The position numbers and the translations under genes were made by a program. This document shows, one piece after another, positions 7,688 to 19,476 of a stretch of 64,000 bases of DNA. This stretch comes from Deltaproteobacteria bacterium (lineage in GTDB: Bacteria; Myxococcota_A; UBA9160; UBA4427): the NCBI GenBank assembly GCA_029261835.1, contig JAJDAO010000030.1:21308-85307 (forward strand), given 5' to 3'. Positions within the stretch are counted from its first letter, which is position 1. Every line of letters starts with the position of its first letter. The notes beneath the pieces were generated by a model. That model was not told the origin of the DNA and did not search any database. It saw only the letters and a list, made by a program, of their open reading frames with translations.

Positions 7688-10189
7688 TCAGTTTACCCCA
7701 GCTGGATGCGCAACGTCGGTGGGTGCACTTACCGTCGCGTGCGGGACCTCGTAGATCTCATCCAGGTCGTGGATGCCGTGCTTCAGGAAGCTCTCGGGAT
7801 CGACCACGGCGAGCGCGTGGGCGAGGACTTCGTCCATGTGATCGACCAGCACGATCTTGATGTTCTTCTTGATGACCGCCGGTAGATCCTTCAGATCCTT
7901 CTCGTTCTCTCTCGGGATCACCACGGTGTCGACGCCACCTCGATGCGCCGCAATGAGCTTCTCCTTGAGGCCACCGATGGGCAGCACCCGGCCGCGCAGC
8001 GTGATCTCACCCGTCATCGCTACATTGGATCGCACCGGTACGCGAGTCAGCGCCGAAGCGATGGTGGTTGCCAGGGTGATGCCCGCCGACGGACCGTCCT
8101 TCGGAGTGCCGCCTTCGGGCACGTGGATGTGCAGGTCCACCTTGGTGTAGAAGTCTCGCGTCAGTCCGAGCTGCTTGGCGCGCGAGCGAATGTACGACAT
8201 CGCGGCGCCCGCCGACTCCTGCATGACTTCACCCAGCCGACCGGTGATCTGCAGCTTGCCCTGTCCAGCCGAGACCGAAACTTCCGTCTGCAGCAGCTCG
8301 CCGCCGACCTCGGTGTAGGCCAACCCCGTCGTCACACCGATGCGGTCCTCGGATTCGGTCTTCCCGAAGCGATACCGGTGCACACCCAGATACTTCTTGA
8401 CGAGCTTCGGGGTCACCTTCCTCGGCTTGTAGCTTTCGCCCCCGCTCACCACCTCACGCGCCACCTTCCGCGCGATCGACGCGAGCTCCCGCTCCAGGTT
8501 TCGCACACCGGATTCGCGGCTGTAGTAGCGGATTATCTCGAGGATGGCGGCGTCGGTGAACTCGATCTGCCCTTCGTCGAGTCCATTGGACTCGCGCACC
8601 TTGCTGACGAGATGTCGCTTTGCGATCTCCAGCTTCTCCGACTCGATGTAGCCCGGTATCTGGATGACCTCCATGCGATCCTGCAGCGGCCGCGGGATCT
8701 CGCTCAATACATTGGCGGTGCAGATGAACATGACCCGCGAGAGATCATAGTCGACGTCTAGATAGTGATCGTTGAACGTATGGTTCTGCTCGGGGTCCAG
8801 CACCTCCAGCAGAGCGGCCGACGGGTCGCCTCGAAAATCCATCGACATCTTGTCGACCTCATCGAACAGGAATACCGGGTTGCTGCTGCCCGCCCGCTTG
8901 AGGCTCTGGATGACCTTGCCCGGCAACGCTCCGATGTAGGTGCGGCGATGCCCGCGAATCTCTGCTTCGTCGCGCACACCACCCAGGCTGATACGAACGA
9001 AGTCGCGCCCCGTCGCCCGTGCGATCGATTTGCCGAGCGAGGTCTTGCCGACACCGGGGGGGCCCGCCAGGCACAGGATCGGGCCCTTCATCTTCTTGAC
9101 CAGCGTCTGCACCGCGAGAAACTCGAGAATCCGCTCCTTCGGCTTGTCCAAGCCGTAGTGATCCGCGTTGAGGATGCCCTCGGACTTGTCGAGATCTTCG
9201 AGCTCGGCTTTGCACGACTGCCACGGGAGCGCCAGCATCCAGTCGATGTAGTTGCGAACGACTGTCGCCTCAGCGCTCATGGGCGACATCATCTTGAGCT
9301 TCTTGATCTCTTTCTCGACGCGCTCGCGAGCGTCGTCCGGCATCTTCTTCGCCTTGAGCTGCTCGTCGAGCTCGCTCAATTCGTTCTTGAACTCGTCGCG
9401 GTCGCCCAGCTCCTTCTGAATCGCGCGCATCTGCTCGTTGAGGTAGTACTCCTTCTGGGAGCGCTCCATCTGCTTCTTGACACGCCCCCGGATCTTGCGC
9501 TCCACCTCGAGCACCTCGATCTCGGCCTGCATGCGCGAGTAAACGCCTTCCAAGCGTTCGAGCGGCGAGCGGATCTCCAGAAGACTCTGCCGCTCCTCCA
9601 GCTTGAGATTCAGGTGCGCCACGATGGTGTCCGCCAGCTTGCCGGGCTCGCTGATGGCCGTGATGGTGTTGAGCAGTTCGGGCGGAACCTTCTTGTTCAG
9701 CTTGACGTAGGCCTCGAAGCTGCCGTGGATCGTTCGGACCAGCGCCTCGCTCTCCGGCAGGTGGACCTCGTGGTCGGGCATCTCGTCGACGCGGACGGAA
9801 AAGTAGGGCTCGTTGCTCTCGAACGACGCGATGCGAGCCCGGCAGCGGCCCTCGACGAGCACCTTGACGGTTCCGTCTGGGAGACGCAGTAACTGAATGA
9901 TGCTGCCGAGTGTGCCAAAGGGGTAGATGTCCTCGGCCGTGGGCTCTTCCTGACCCGCCTGACGCTGCGCGGAGAGCATCAGCTCCCGCGATCCGCTCAT
10001 CGCGTCTTCCAGCGCCTGGATCGACTTGGTGCGGCCAACGAAGAGCGGAACCACCATGTGGGGAAAGACGACGATGTCGCGGAGCGGCAGCAGCGGCACG
10101 ACGCGACCCTCTGCGGATCGACGCTGGATGTCGCCCGGCCCCTCTCCACCGAACTCTCGCTGCTCGTCGTCGTCTCGAAAGAAGACCAT
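7688..10189 (-). CDS. lon: ATP-dependent Lon protease (endopeptidase La)
   Basis: 833 aa. It has the LON N-domain ([23 protein letters not shown]), Walker [10 protein letters not shown] and the protease domain with [14 protein letters not shown] (catalytic Ser). Confidence 0.97.
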   Translation of the reverse strand: MVFFRDDDEQREFGGEGPGDIQRRSAEGRVVPLLPLRDIVVFPHMVVPLFVGRTKSIQALEDAMSGSRELMLSAQRQAGQEEPTAEDIYPFGTLGSIIQLLRLPDGTVKVLVEGRCRARIASFESNEPYFSVRVDEMPDHEVHLPESEALVRTIHGSFEAYVKLNKKVPPELLNTITAISEPGKLADTIVAHLNLKLEERQSLLEIRSPLERLEGVYSRMQAEIEVLEVERKIRGRVKKQMERSQKEYYLNEQMRAIQKELGDRDEFKNELSELDEQLKAKKMPDDARERVEKEIKKLKMMSPMSAEATVVRNYIDWMLALPWQSCKAELEDLDKSEGILNADHYGLDKPKERILEFLAVQTLVKKMKGPILCLAGPPGVGKTSLGKSIARATGRDFVRISLGGVRDEAEIRGHRRTYIGALPGKVIQSLKRAGSSNPVFLFDEVDKMSMDFRGDPSAALLEVLDPEQNHTFNDHYLDVDYDLSRVMFICTANVLSEIPRPLQDRMEVIQIPGYIESEKLEIAKRHLVSKVRESNGLDEGQIEFTDAAILEIIRYYSRESGVRNLERELASIARKVAREVVSGGESYKPRKVTPKLVKKYLGVHRYRFGKTESEDRIGVTTGLAYTEVGGELLQTEVSVSAGQGKLQITGRLGEVMQESAGAAMSYIRSRAKQLGLTRDFYTKVDLHIHVPEGGTPKDGPSAGITLATTIASALTRVPVRSNVAMTGEITLRGRVLPIGGLKEKLIAAHRGGVDTVVIPRENEKDLKDLPAVIKKNIKIVLVDHMDEVLAHALAVVDPESFLKHGIHDLDEIYEVPHATVSAPTDVAHPAGVN

Positions 10190-10235
10190 CGGTCTCTGGT
10201 GTCCCCTTCTGCCCCTCTAACCCTCCGCCCTCGCG

Positions 10236-11483
<1,248 letters not shown>

Positions 11484-11518
11484 GGCACTTCACCTTCCCA
11501 CCGACCAACGACAAGAAC

Positions 11519-12124
11519 CTAGTCGCGTTCCTCGGAGCCCGGACGTTGCACCATCACGTGATCCACGAGGCCGTACTCCATCGCTTCCTCGGCAGACATA
11601 TAATAGTCGCGCTCCGTATCCACCGCGATTTGCTCCACTGACTTTTCGGCGAGATCCGCAAGTATCACGTTCATCCTATCGCGCAGTTTCAGGATTTCCT
11701 TGGCCTGAATATCGATGTCGGCGGCCTGGCCACGGGCGCCACCCATCGGCTGGTGGATCATCACCCGCGCGTTGCTGAGAGCCGTACGCTTGCCGGCCTC
11801 GCCGGCGGCCAACAGCCAAGCGGCCATCGACGCCGCCTGGCCAATGCAGGTGGTGCTGATGTGGGGGCGCACGAACTTCATGGTGTCGTAGATCGCCAGC
11901 CCCGCCGTGATCGAACCCCCAGGCGAATTGATATAGAGGTGAATGTCGTGGTCCGGATCCTCGGCCTCCAGGAAGAGCAGCTGGGCGACAACGACATTCG
12001 CCACGTCGTCGCTGATCTCGGTGCCGAGGAAGATCACGCGGTCGCGTAGCAGACGCGAGTAGATATCGAAGAAGCGCTCACCGCGCTGACTCTGCTCGAT
12101 TACATACGGTATGACCGCCATCAA
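11519..12124 (-). CDS. clpP: ATP-dependent Clp protease proteolytic subunit ClpP
   Basis: 201 aa with [35 protein letters not shown] and GQAASMAA (catalytic Ser), located upstream of clpX. Confidence 0.97.
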   Translation of the reverse strand: MMAVIPYVIEQSQRGERFFDIYSRLLRDRVIFLGTEISDDVANVVVAQLLFLEAEDPDHDIHLYINSPGGSITAGLAIYDTMKFVRPHISTTCIGQAASMAAWLLAAGEAGKRTALSNARVMIHQPMGGARGQAADIDIQAKEILKLRDRMNVILADLAEKSVEQIAVDTERDYYMSAEEAMEYGLVDHVMVQRPGSEERD

Positions 12125-12221
12125 TCGGCTCCGCAGTCGTCGCGCCTCATCATCAGAATCCCAGGCGCTTCGCTCTCCCGGCAGAACCTGGGCAGCGCCG
12201 CGTCCAGTAGAGTGCTCGACT

Positions 12222-12254
12222 CTTCTCTCACGTCTTTCTCACGTCTCTCTCACG
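12222..12254. repeat. three tandem 11-bp direct repeats about 100-130 nt upstream of clpP
   Basis: Plus strand reads CTTCTCTCACG TCTTTCTCACG TCTCTCTCACG. On the clpP coding strand this is CGTGAGAGAGA CGTGAGAAAGA CGTGAGAGAAG. The CTCACG core recurs with an exact 11-nt period. Confidence 0.7.
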
Positions 12255-12508
12255 GCTCAGCCGCTGATCATCGTCTCGCTCGGCCGCTTCCCAACCGGAT
12301 CGGGTCCTCAACCTTCTAAACCGGCTGGATCACCCGGGCGTGGCACCCCCTGCCAACGCCGCAGCTCAATCCCTAGTCTCAGCCAGTGCGCGGAGCTTTG
12401 CAAGACACTCACCGGGGGCCGAATGCGCGCCTGACGGCCAGTCTCACTGGGAAGCTTCTCGAAAGAAGTTCTGAACTTCGCTGCCTTGCAAGCAACTTTG
12501 CTCCCAGG

Positions 12509-13846
12509 TCAGCCCTGGTCGCTCTCCTCTTCTCCCGCTTCGATCTCTTCGATCTTCGCCTGGGAGGCAAGGAGTGAGAATGCACGTTCGTTTCTCAGCT
12601 CAATCTCGATCGCGCCGAGCCAGCCCTGCTGAAGCGCCATGTTGCGCAGGCGTGCAGGCTCCATCCCCTGCGCTTCGGCCATCTCGCAGACACGCGCCTC
12701 GACATCTTCCTCACTCACACTAATCCCCTCAGCAGTCGCCACCGCATCGAGCAAGAGCCCCTCGCGCACACGGCGCTCGGCCGAGGGGCGCCCCTCCTCC
12801 TGCATGCGACTGAGCTGTCTCTGAAGGGCCTCGTCAGGCACCTTGCCCTGGAACTGGCTGTGCATCGACTGCATCTGACTCTGGAGCTGTCGCTCGACCA
12901 TGCCCGGCGGAACTTCGAAGCTGCTGAGCCCGACCAACGAGTCCATCAGGGACTTGTTCAGCACGCCCTCCGCCTCTACTCGGCGGCGCTGCGCGAGGTC
13001 CGAACTGATGCGCTCGCGCATCTCGTCCAGGGTTTCGAAGTCGCCGAGATCCTTTGCGAAGTCGTCGTCGAGTTCGGGAAGCTCGCGCCTGCGCACGGCG
13101 ACGATATGGCACTCGAAAACGGCCTGCTTCCCGCGCAAGGGCTCGGGGCCGTAGTCGTCGGGCAGCGTGACCTCAACCTGTCGATCCTCACCCGCTGTGG
13201 CACCAACGAGCTGCTCCTCGAAGCCCGGCACCATGCCGCTCGAGCCGATCTCGACATCCATGCCCTGGCCGCTGCCACCGGGAAAGACCTCCCCATCGAC
13301 GCGTCCGACGAAGTCGATCGTCACGACGTGGCCGTCGGTGGCCTCGGCGCCCTCTTCCTCTTCGGCAAGTCGCGCGTTCTTCTCCCGCAGACCCTCGAGC
13401 TCACTGTCGACATCTTCGTCCGTCACCCGGACGACCGGGCTGCGGGCCGCCAGACTGCTGAACTCAGGCAGCTCGATCTGCGGCTTCACCTCGATGCGAG
13501 CCGTGTAGCGGAAGGCCTCGCCATCTTGAAGTCGATCCGGGGCAATGTCGGGCTCCACAACGGGCTCGATCTCGGCCTGCTCGATCGCGGCGGGCAGCGT
13601 CTCCGAGACCAGCGCTCGCTCGATCTCACCCGACATGTTCGCACCGTACATCCGCTCGAGCACCGAGCGCGGCACCTTGCCCGGCCGGAATCCCTTCACG
13701 CGAGCCGTGCGCTTCAAATCGCTGTAGGCGCGATCGAACGCTTTGCTCACGCGAGAGGCCTGCACCTCCACGCTGAGGTTTCGAACGACGGGGCTCGCCT
13801 CGCTGCACTCGACATTGATGTCGCTGTTCGTAGCTGTACTCGCCAT
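12509..13846 (-). CDS. tig: trigger factor (ribosome-associated peptidyl-prolyl isomerase)
   Basis: The ORF-track entry 12509..14044 is trimmed to the internal ATG at 13846. MASTATNSDINVECSEASPVVRNLSVEVQASRVSKAFDRAY...GFRPGKVP matches the trigger factor N-terminus. The gene sits directly upstream of clpP-clpX-lon. Confidence 0.93.
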   Translation of the reverse strand: MASTATNSDINVECSEASPVVRNLSVEVQASRVSKAFDRAYSDLKRTARVKGFRPGKVPRSVLERMYGANMSGEIERALVSETLPAAIEQAEIEPVVEPDIAPDRLQDGEAFRYTARIEVKPQIELPEFSSLAARSPVVRVTDEDVDSELEGLREKNARLAEEEEGAEATDGHVVTIDFVGRVDGEVFPGGSGQGMDVEIGSSGMVPGFEEQLVGATAGEDRQVEVTLPDDYGPEPLRGKQAVFECHIVAVRRRELPELDDDFAKDLGDFETLDEMRERISSDLAQRRRVEAEGVLNKSLMDSLVGLSSFEVPPGMVERQLQSQMQSMHSQFQGKVPDEALQRQLSRMQEEGRPSAERRVREGLLLDAVATAEGISVSEEDVEARVCEMAEAQGMEPARLRNMALQQGWLGAIEIELRNERAFSLLASQAKIEEIEAGEEESDQG

Positions 13847-14113
13847 GCTCTGGGGTCCTTGTCTTGCGGGGGCGGAAACAACTCTGTGGCTGCCGGCCGC
13901 TCCCCGGGGCCGGCTCGAGCCATGCCCAATCCACGCTCGTCCGCCGGAGCGGCCGCAGCATAGCTCCGCATGCTGTCGGGCGCACAAATCGGCCTCGGGC
14001 GGGCGATGTTGCTCCACGGGCGGTCCGGGCCGATACGTCCTCAATCACAGGCGGCGTAATTCCGATCCCCAGATGAGGCCCCGGCCCCGTTCGCCGCCCG
14101 CCAGGAACAGGCA

Positions 14114-14509
14114 ATGAAGGTCCTGATCGCAGACGACTCCCACTCATCCCGCCTGCTGCTGGAGCGGGCCCTGCAGAACTGGGGCTACGAGGTGATCGCC
14201 GTCGCGGACGGGCTGCAAGCCGTGGCGCGTCTGGCCGACCCGCAGATCGAACTCGCCATCATCGACTGGATGATGCCGGGCCTTGACGGCCCATCGGTCT
14301 GTCGCCATATCCAGAGCCTCCCACGCACCGTCTATACGATTCTCCTCAGCGGCCGTGACAGCGACGAGGATCAGGCCGAAGCACTGCAGCTCGGGGCCAG
14401 CGATTACATGGTCAAACCCTTCCGAGCCTCGCTGCTGCGCGCTCGACTGCAGGCAGGCGAGCGCATGCTACGGCTCGAGCGGCGACCCGAAGGCCAGCGA
14501 GAGAGCTAG
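14114..14509 (+). CDS. single-domain response regulator (CheY-like receiver)
   Basis: 131 aa: MKVLIADDSHSSRLLLE...ELAIIDWMMPGLDG...ILLSG...DYMVKPF, with the DD, D and K receiver signature residues. Confidence 0.9.
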   Translation: MKVLIADDSHSSRLLLERALQNWGYEVIAVADGLQAVARLADPQIELAIIDWMMPGLDGPSVCRHIQSLPRTVYTILLSGRDSDEDQAEALQLGASDYMVKPFRASLLRARLQAGERMLRLERRPEGQRES

Positions 14510-14606
14510 TCGCCAGACGACGCCGTGGCCAGCATCGCACGGGACGTCGCTGGCGCGACCCAGCACGTCGGGGCTGCGAGCCAGCTCACACGCGCGCAGG
14601 AATCGA

Positions 14607-15155
14607 TCAACGGACTCGCGTCTTGACGCGCGACTCGCTGCAGTACTGTCTGGCGTACTCCGCCAGGCTCCACTTGTGTGTCAGAGACGTCGCGACTTGG
14701 CGCGCTTCGACGGGATCAAACGGCTTCTTCAAGATGAGGAGCTGGTCGAGCTTTCCCAGGCGCTCGATGGCCACTTGCCAGGAGTCGTCCGACGAGGCCG
14801 TGCAGATCGCCACCTGAAGATCGGGATCGTCCTGCCAGATCTTCTCGATGGTCTGGATTCCATCCCAACCCGGTGGCATGCGAACGTCGACGAATGCCAT
14901 GGCGAACGGGACCCCCTTCTCACGGGCATCCTTGGCCATGCGCCAACCGGCCTCGCCCTGCGTGGCCGACTCGATCTCGAATGCGATGCGAAGAGAAAGT
15001 CGCTCGGGCTCCCCGAGCGACGCGCGGGCGGGCGAAACTGGCCCGCTGTGCCGTGTACCCGCCACGCCCAGGATTCGTCGAAAATCCTCGTGGATGCCCG
15101 CGTTGTCATCGACGACCAGCACGCGGCGATTGATCATCCCTTCATCGAGCGTCAT
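14607..15155 (-). CDS. response regulator receiver protein (receiver with an internal insertion)
   Basis: VLVVDDNAGIHEDF...FVDVRMPPGWDGIQT...ICTASSD...ILKKPFDP. The start is set at ATG 15155 (alternative 15137), because the longer track ORF 14607..15473 reads through the tRNA-Leu gene. Confidence 0.85.
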   Translation of the reverse strand: MTLDEGMINRRVLVVDDNAGIHEDFRRILGVAGTRHSGPVSPARASLGEPERLSLRIAFEIESATQGEAGWRMAKDAREKGVPFAMAFVDVRMPPGWDGIQTIEKIWQDDPDLQVAICTASSDDSWQVAIERLGKLDQLLILKKPFDPVEARQVATSLTHKWSLAEYARQYCSESRVKTRVR

Positions 15156-15354
15156 GCGGGCGCCCCCAAGCGATACGTTGCCTGTGGATCGCTGTATCGG
15201 ACGAATCGCCGCGCGCCTCAAGAGCGATTCGCAAACGTCATGAAGCAAGTGAGCGACTCGCGGCCGGCCGCAGAGGTTAGGGGCTTCACCGCAAGGTCCG
15301 GTGGATTGAATCGCCCCGGCGTACGAGCTTCTGCCGGGCAATCGGCATGCGCGG

Positions 15355-15440
15355 TGGTGCCGGGGACAGGACTCGAACCTGCACGTCCAGAGGACGGTGG
15401 CTCCTAAGGCCACTGCGTCTACCGATTCCGCCACCCCGGC
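15355..15440 (-). tRNA. tRNA-Leu (anticodon TAG), type II with long variable arm, CCA encoded
   Basis: Minus strand: GCCGGGGTGGCGGAATCGGTAGACGCA GTGGC CTTAGGA GCCAC CGTCCTCTGGACG TGCAGGTTCGAGTCCTGTCCCCGGCACCA. Confidence 0.92.
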
Positions 15441-15507
15441 GAATAGCGCGAACGGCAACATCGTAGCGATCACGCGGCCGTGGAAAAAGATCGCTCGCTA
15501 TGCGGGC

Positions 15508-15583
15508 TGGTGAGCGCGCGGGGAATCGAACCCCGAACCTAGGGATTAAGAGTCCCTTGCTCTGCCAATTGAGCTACGCGCCC
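15508..15583 (-). tRNA. tRNA-Lys (anticodon CTT), CCA encoded
   Basis: Minus strand: GGGCGCG TA GCTC AATTGGCA GAGC A AGGGA CTCTTAA TCCCT AGGTT CGGGG TTCGATT CCCCG CGCGCTC A CCA. Confidence 0.92.
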
Positions 15584-15632
15584 GGGCGGACATTAGCCGC
15601 CCTGGGTGCGGAGGCAAGCCCTCAGCGCCCGC

Positions 15633-18600
15633 TCATGAGCCGCTCTCGCCGCATCCGCCACCGCCCGGCGTTTCCACTCGCAGCCGGTCACCCGCGGCGA
15701 GTTCGAGCGAACATTTGCCGGGCAGAACCTCACGTTCGCCAGCGCTGCGCTGCACGAAATTGCGTCCGGTGGCGCCCGGCGCGCCACCTGCCATCCCCCA
15801 AGGCGCCACGTCGCGCCGCTCTGTCAGCAGCGTCGCGGTGACGGGCGCGAGGAAGCGGTACTGGCGTATCAAACCGTCGCCCCCGGTGCGCCTACCCGCA
15901 CCCCCGGAGCCCCGACGCAGTGCGAACTCCTCCAGGCGCACGGGATAGCGGGCCTCCAGCACTTCGGGATCGGTGATCCGCGTGTTCGTCATGTGACTGT
16001 GGACGCCGCACGCTCCGTCGAAGTCGGCGCCCGCGCCCGCGCCGCCGCCGATGGTTTCGTAGTAGCCGAAATCCGCGTTGCCAAAAGCGACGTTGTTCAT
16101 CGTTCCCTGGCTGGCCGCCGCCAGCCCGAGCGCTCCCAGCAGTACATCGACGACGCGCTGCGAAGTCTCGACGTTGCCCCCGACCACCGCGGATCCGGCG
16201 GGCGGATCGAGCAGTGATCCACCGGGGATGTGGATCTCCACGGGCTCCAGACAGCCGCCGTTCAGGGGGATGCGCTCGGCGACGAGTGAGCGCAACACGT
16301 AGATCACGGCGGCCTGAACCACGGCGGGCGGCGCGTTCAGATTGTGTCGAGCGGCGGAGCCAGTGCCGGCGAAGTCGACGAGCATGCGACCCCCCTCCAC
16401 CTTCAGCCGAACGCAGACGGGTGTTCCATCATCGAGCCGGTCTTCGAAGCAATGCTCGCCATCCGGCAGCCTGGCGATCTCTCGCGACACCTTGTCTGCC
16501 GACGCGCGCTGCAGCTGGCTCATCGTCACCGACACGGCGGTGAAGCCCTGCTCCTCGACGAAGTCACACAGCAGGCGCTCACCCGCGCGATTGGCCGCCA
16601 CCATGGCGACCAGATCGGCGAGATTATCGTCCGGACAGCGGGCGGGATAGCGCGCACTGGCGAGCAGACTTCGCACGCGTTGCTCGTCGAAGTGCCCGCG
16701 AGCGACGAGCTTGAAGGCGTGAAACACGACGCCCTCTTCCTCTAGACAATGCGAGTCGGCGGGCATCGAGCCCGGCGTGATGCCACCCAGATCCGCGTGG
16801 TGGCCGCGACTGGCGACGAAGAAGTCCGGATCACCCGATCCCGCGACGAAGACCGGCGTCACGAGCGTCACATCGGGCAGGTGTGATCCGCCTTCGAAGG
16901 GGTCATTGGTCATCACGACGTCGCCCGGGGCCAGGTCCGGCACACGCTCGCGCACGGCCCTCACGGTCGCACCCATGGCGCCGAGGTGTACGGGGATGTG
17001 GGGCGCGTTGGCCACCAGGCCGCCCCGGCCATCGAAGACCGCGCAGGAGTAGTCGAGGCGCTGTTTGATATTGGTCGACACGGCTGTGTTGCGAAGTGCC
17101 GCGCCCATCTGCTCGGCCATCGACATGAAGCGGTTGCCGAAGACCTCCAGCCGCACCGGATCCGCTCGCTCGAGATCGCGCGCGACCTGGCCGCGAGCAC
17201 CCTCGACGTCGCGCAAGACGAGGACCGCCTCGTCGTCGACGCGGAGGCGAAAGCCGGGATCGACCACGACGGTGCCCGTCTGCTCCAGCACGACCACCGG
17301 TCCATCGATCTCGCAGCCTGCTATGAGCACCTCGCGCTCGTAGATCGGCGCCAACACGCGCCCGCTCCCGGGAAACCAGATCGACGCGCGCCGCAGCGGT
17401 GTGGGGGCCGACGAGGGGCGGGTCGGATCTGACGTGAGGCCGCGGTCCGGCATGCTGCCCTGCGCCGCTGGGGCGACGCAGCGAACGCGGGCGGTCACGA
17501 TCTCCACGCGTCGATCGGGTCGCGTATAGCCAAAACGCCTGCGGTGCTCCTCGCCGAAGATCCCAGCCCAGCTCCACGACTCGCGCCCGGGCACCTCCAC
17601 CGCCGGCTCTCGGATGGAGAGAGGCATCTCACTCCCGACGTAGCGCAAGTCGAGCCAGCGCTCACTCGCGACTCCGGGGCAATTGGCCTCCTCCGCCCGC
17701 AGCGCGTTGCGCCCGCGCTGCTCGAGTGTGGTCAGCATCGCTTCGACGCTCGCGGGCAGCCCGCAGCCGTCACTCGGGAGCAGCACGCGGCCGGCATCGC
17801 GCTGCCCGTCCCAGGTGACATCCGCCACGCCGATCCCATAGGCGGAGAGCAGACCCGCGAGCGGGTGTTGCAAGATCGTGCGAATGCCGAGCATTCGAGC
17901 GATGGCGCAGACGTGCTGCCCGCCGGCGCCGCCGAAGCCGACCAGGACGTGGTCGCGCGGATCGACGCCACGCGCAACGGAAACCTGCTGGATCGCCTGG
18001 GCCATGCTCGCGTTGGCGATCTCCACGAATCCGGCGGCGAGCTCGTCCTGGGTCATCTCGAAGCCCGACTGTGCGAGACGCTGTCGCAGCCGAGCGAGCT
18101 CGGCCACGACCGGCTCCGGCTCCACAGCGAATGGAAAGCGATCTGGCTGCACGCGCCCCAGTGCGAGATTGACATCGGTCAGCGCAAGCGCGTGCGCGAC
18201 GGGCCGGCCGCCTTCGTCGCGACGGCCATAGCACAGCGGCCCCGGATCGGAGCCCGCACTCTCGGGCCCGACCGTGAGTCTGAAGTCATCAAAGCGGCAA
18301 AGTGAGCCACCCCCCGCCGCCACCGTGTGAATGCGCAGCATGGGCGAGCGCAGGCGCACGCCGGCCACCACCGTCTCGAAGGCGCGCTCCACCTCACCGT
18401 CGACGATCAGCGATACGTCGGTGGACGTGCCTCCCATATCGAAGCCAATTGCGCGCGCGAAGCCCGCGCGGGCCGCCACGCGGGCGGCCGCCACGACACC
18501 GCCGGCCGGTCCCGAGAGCAGCGCCGTCGGACCGCGAAAACGCGCCGCGTCCGTCAGGCCACCCGACGACTGCATGAACCGTAGCCGTGAGCCCGGCATC

Positions 18601-19361
18601 GCCTCGGCCAGGTGAGCCACGTGAGCGCTCAGCAGCGGCGTCAGATAGGCATCTGCTGTCGTCGTCTCGCCGCGAGCCAACAGTCCCAGCTCGCGGGCGA
18701 TCTCGTGAGAGCACACGACATGGGAGAAGCCGAGGCGCCGCGCAATCTCGGCGATGCGCAGCTCGCTCTCCGGATATGCGTAGGCGTGGATCATCAGCAC
18801 GGCGAGCGAGCGAGCACCGGCTTCGTGCGCGGCTCGCAACTCGTGTTGCAGCTGCTCCTCGTCGAGCTGCGAAACGACCTCAGCTTGCGCCGTAACCCGC
18901 CCGCCGCACTCGATTACAGCGCTGTGAAGCGGCGGGGCCTTTCGGATATCGAGCTCGAACAGGTCTGGGCGCTGCTGTGTGCCGATGGCCAGTACATCGC
19001 CGAGACCGCGGTCGGCCACGAGACAGGTCTGGACGCCGCGGCGCTCCAGCAGCGCATTGGTCGCAACGGTCGAGCCCAGCTTCACGCTGCAGGGGGGAAG
19101 CTCGGCGCCCGGCTCGATCACGCCTTCTCGCGTCAGGATCTCGCGAACGCCCTCGACCGGAGCGGAGTCGGAGGAGAGCAGCTTGGTCGTTCGCAGGCTC
19201 CCGTCCGGTGCGCGTGCGATGCAGTCCGTGAAGGTGCCGCCCCGATCGAGCCAGAACTCCCAGCGGCCATCGGCCGCCTCGCCGCCCCTGCGCACTCGCT
19301 CCCCTTTCGGCCCAGTCGGCCCAGTCGGCCCAGTCGGCTCAGTCACTCTCTTGTTTCCCAA
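15633..19361 (-). CDS. 5-oxoprolinase / hydantoinase, fused HyuA-HyuB type (ATP-hydrolysing)
   Basis: 1242 aa. The N-terminal half has [16 protein letters not shown] and FDMGGTSTD (hydantoinase A). The C-terminal half has the hydantoinase B/oxoprolinase signature ([19 protein letters not shown]). The N-terminus carries a (PTG)x3 repeat. Confidence 0.9.
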   Translation of the reverse strand: MGNKRVTEPTGPTGPTGPKGERVRRGGEAADGRWEFWLDRGGTFTDCIARAPDGSLRTTKLLSSDSAPVEGVREILTREGVIEPGAELPPCSVKLGSTVATNALLERRGVQTCLVADRGLGDVLAIGTQQRPDLFELDIRKAPPLHSAVIECGGRVTAQAEVVSQLDEEQLQHELRAAHEAGARSLAVLMIHAYAYPESELRIAEIARRLGFSHVVCSHEIARELGLLARGETTTADAYLTPLLSAHVAHLAEAMPGSRLRFMQSSGGLTDAARFRGPTALLSGPAGGVVAAARVAARAGFARAIGFDMGGTSTDVSLIVDGEVERAFETVVAGVRLRSPMLRIHTVAAGGGSLCRFDDFRLTVGPESAGSDPGPLCYGRRDEGGRPVAHALALTDVNLALGRVQPDRFPFAVEPEPVVAELARLRQRLAQSGFEMTQDELAAGFVEIANASMAQAIQQVSVARGVDPRDHVLVGFGGAGGQHVCAIARMLGIRTILQHPLAGLLSAYGIGVADVTWDGQRDAGRVLLPSDGCGLPASVEAMLTTLEQRGRNALRAEEANCPGVASERWLDLRYVGSEMPLSIREPAVEVPGRESWSWAGIFGEEHRRRFGYTRPDRRVEIVTARVRCVAPAAQGSMPDRGLTSDPTRPSSAPTPLRRASIWFPGSGRVLAPIYEREVLIAGCEIDGPVVVLEQTGTVVVDPGFRLRVDDEAVLVLRDVEGARGQVARDLERADPVRLEVFGNRFMSMAEQMGAALRNTAVSTNIKQRLDYSCAVFDGRGGLVANAPHIPVHLGAMGATVRAVRERVPDLAPGDVVMTNDPFEGGSHLPDVTLVTPVFVAGSGDPDFFVASRGHHADLGGITPGSMPADSHCLEEEGVVFHAFKLVARGHFDEQRVRSLLASARYPARCPDDNLADLVAMVAANRAGERLLCDFVEEQGFTAVSVTMSQLQRASADKVSREIARLPDGEHCFEDRLDDGTPVCVRLKVEGGRMLVDFAGTGSAARHNLNAPPAVVQAAVIYVLRSLVAERIPLNGGCLEPVEIHIPGGSLLDPPAGSAVVGGNVETSQRVVDVLLGALGLAAASQGTMNNVAFGNADFGYYETIGGGAGAGADFDGACGVHSHMTNTRITDPEVLEARYPVRLEEFALRRGSGGAGRRTGGDGLIRQYRFLAPVTATLLTERRDVAPWGMAGGAPGATGRNFVQRSAGEREVLPGKCSLELAAGDRLRVETPGGGGCGESGS
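19311..19337. repeat. perfect 9-bp x3 tandem repeat (CCCAGTCGG) inside the 5' end of the oxoprolinase ORF
   Basis: Encodes [14 protein letters not shown] on the minus strand, with degenerate copies flanking it on both sides. Confidence 0.85.
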
Positions 19362-19476
19362 TCAATTTCAGTGATTTATCGAGCTAATTGAGAATCTGGA
19401 TGAGATCTCTCCGGCATTGCAGAACAGGATCTGAGATGGGCCCTGGCCCCACTCCGCCCCGCCGCGTCGCCCGCTG

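Noticed and set aside
8765-9892. 375-aa plus-strand ORF inside lon, together with 7943..8761 and 9910..10800.
   Set aside because: It is antisense to the unambiguous Lon protease gene, has low-complexity Leu/Arg/Ala composition, and has no motifs.
12860-13963. 367-aa plus-strand ORF opposite tig.
   Set aside because: It is antisense to trigger factor and has the same compositional artefact.
13847-14044. N-terminal extensions of track ORFs: tig to 14044, thrC to 63749, the response regulator to 15473, the permease to 40815, and the KH protein to 56001.
   Set aside because: The extensions are Arg/Pro-rich and overlap neighbouring genes or a tRNA (15355-15440). Each also precedes an internal start that matches the family N-terminus. 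Coordinates were trimmed accordingly.
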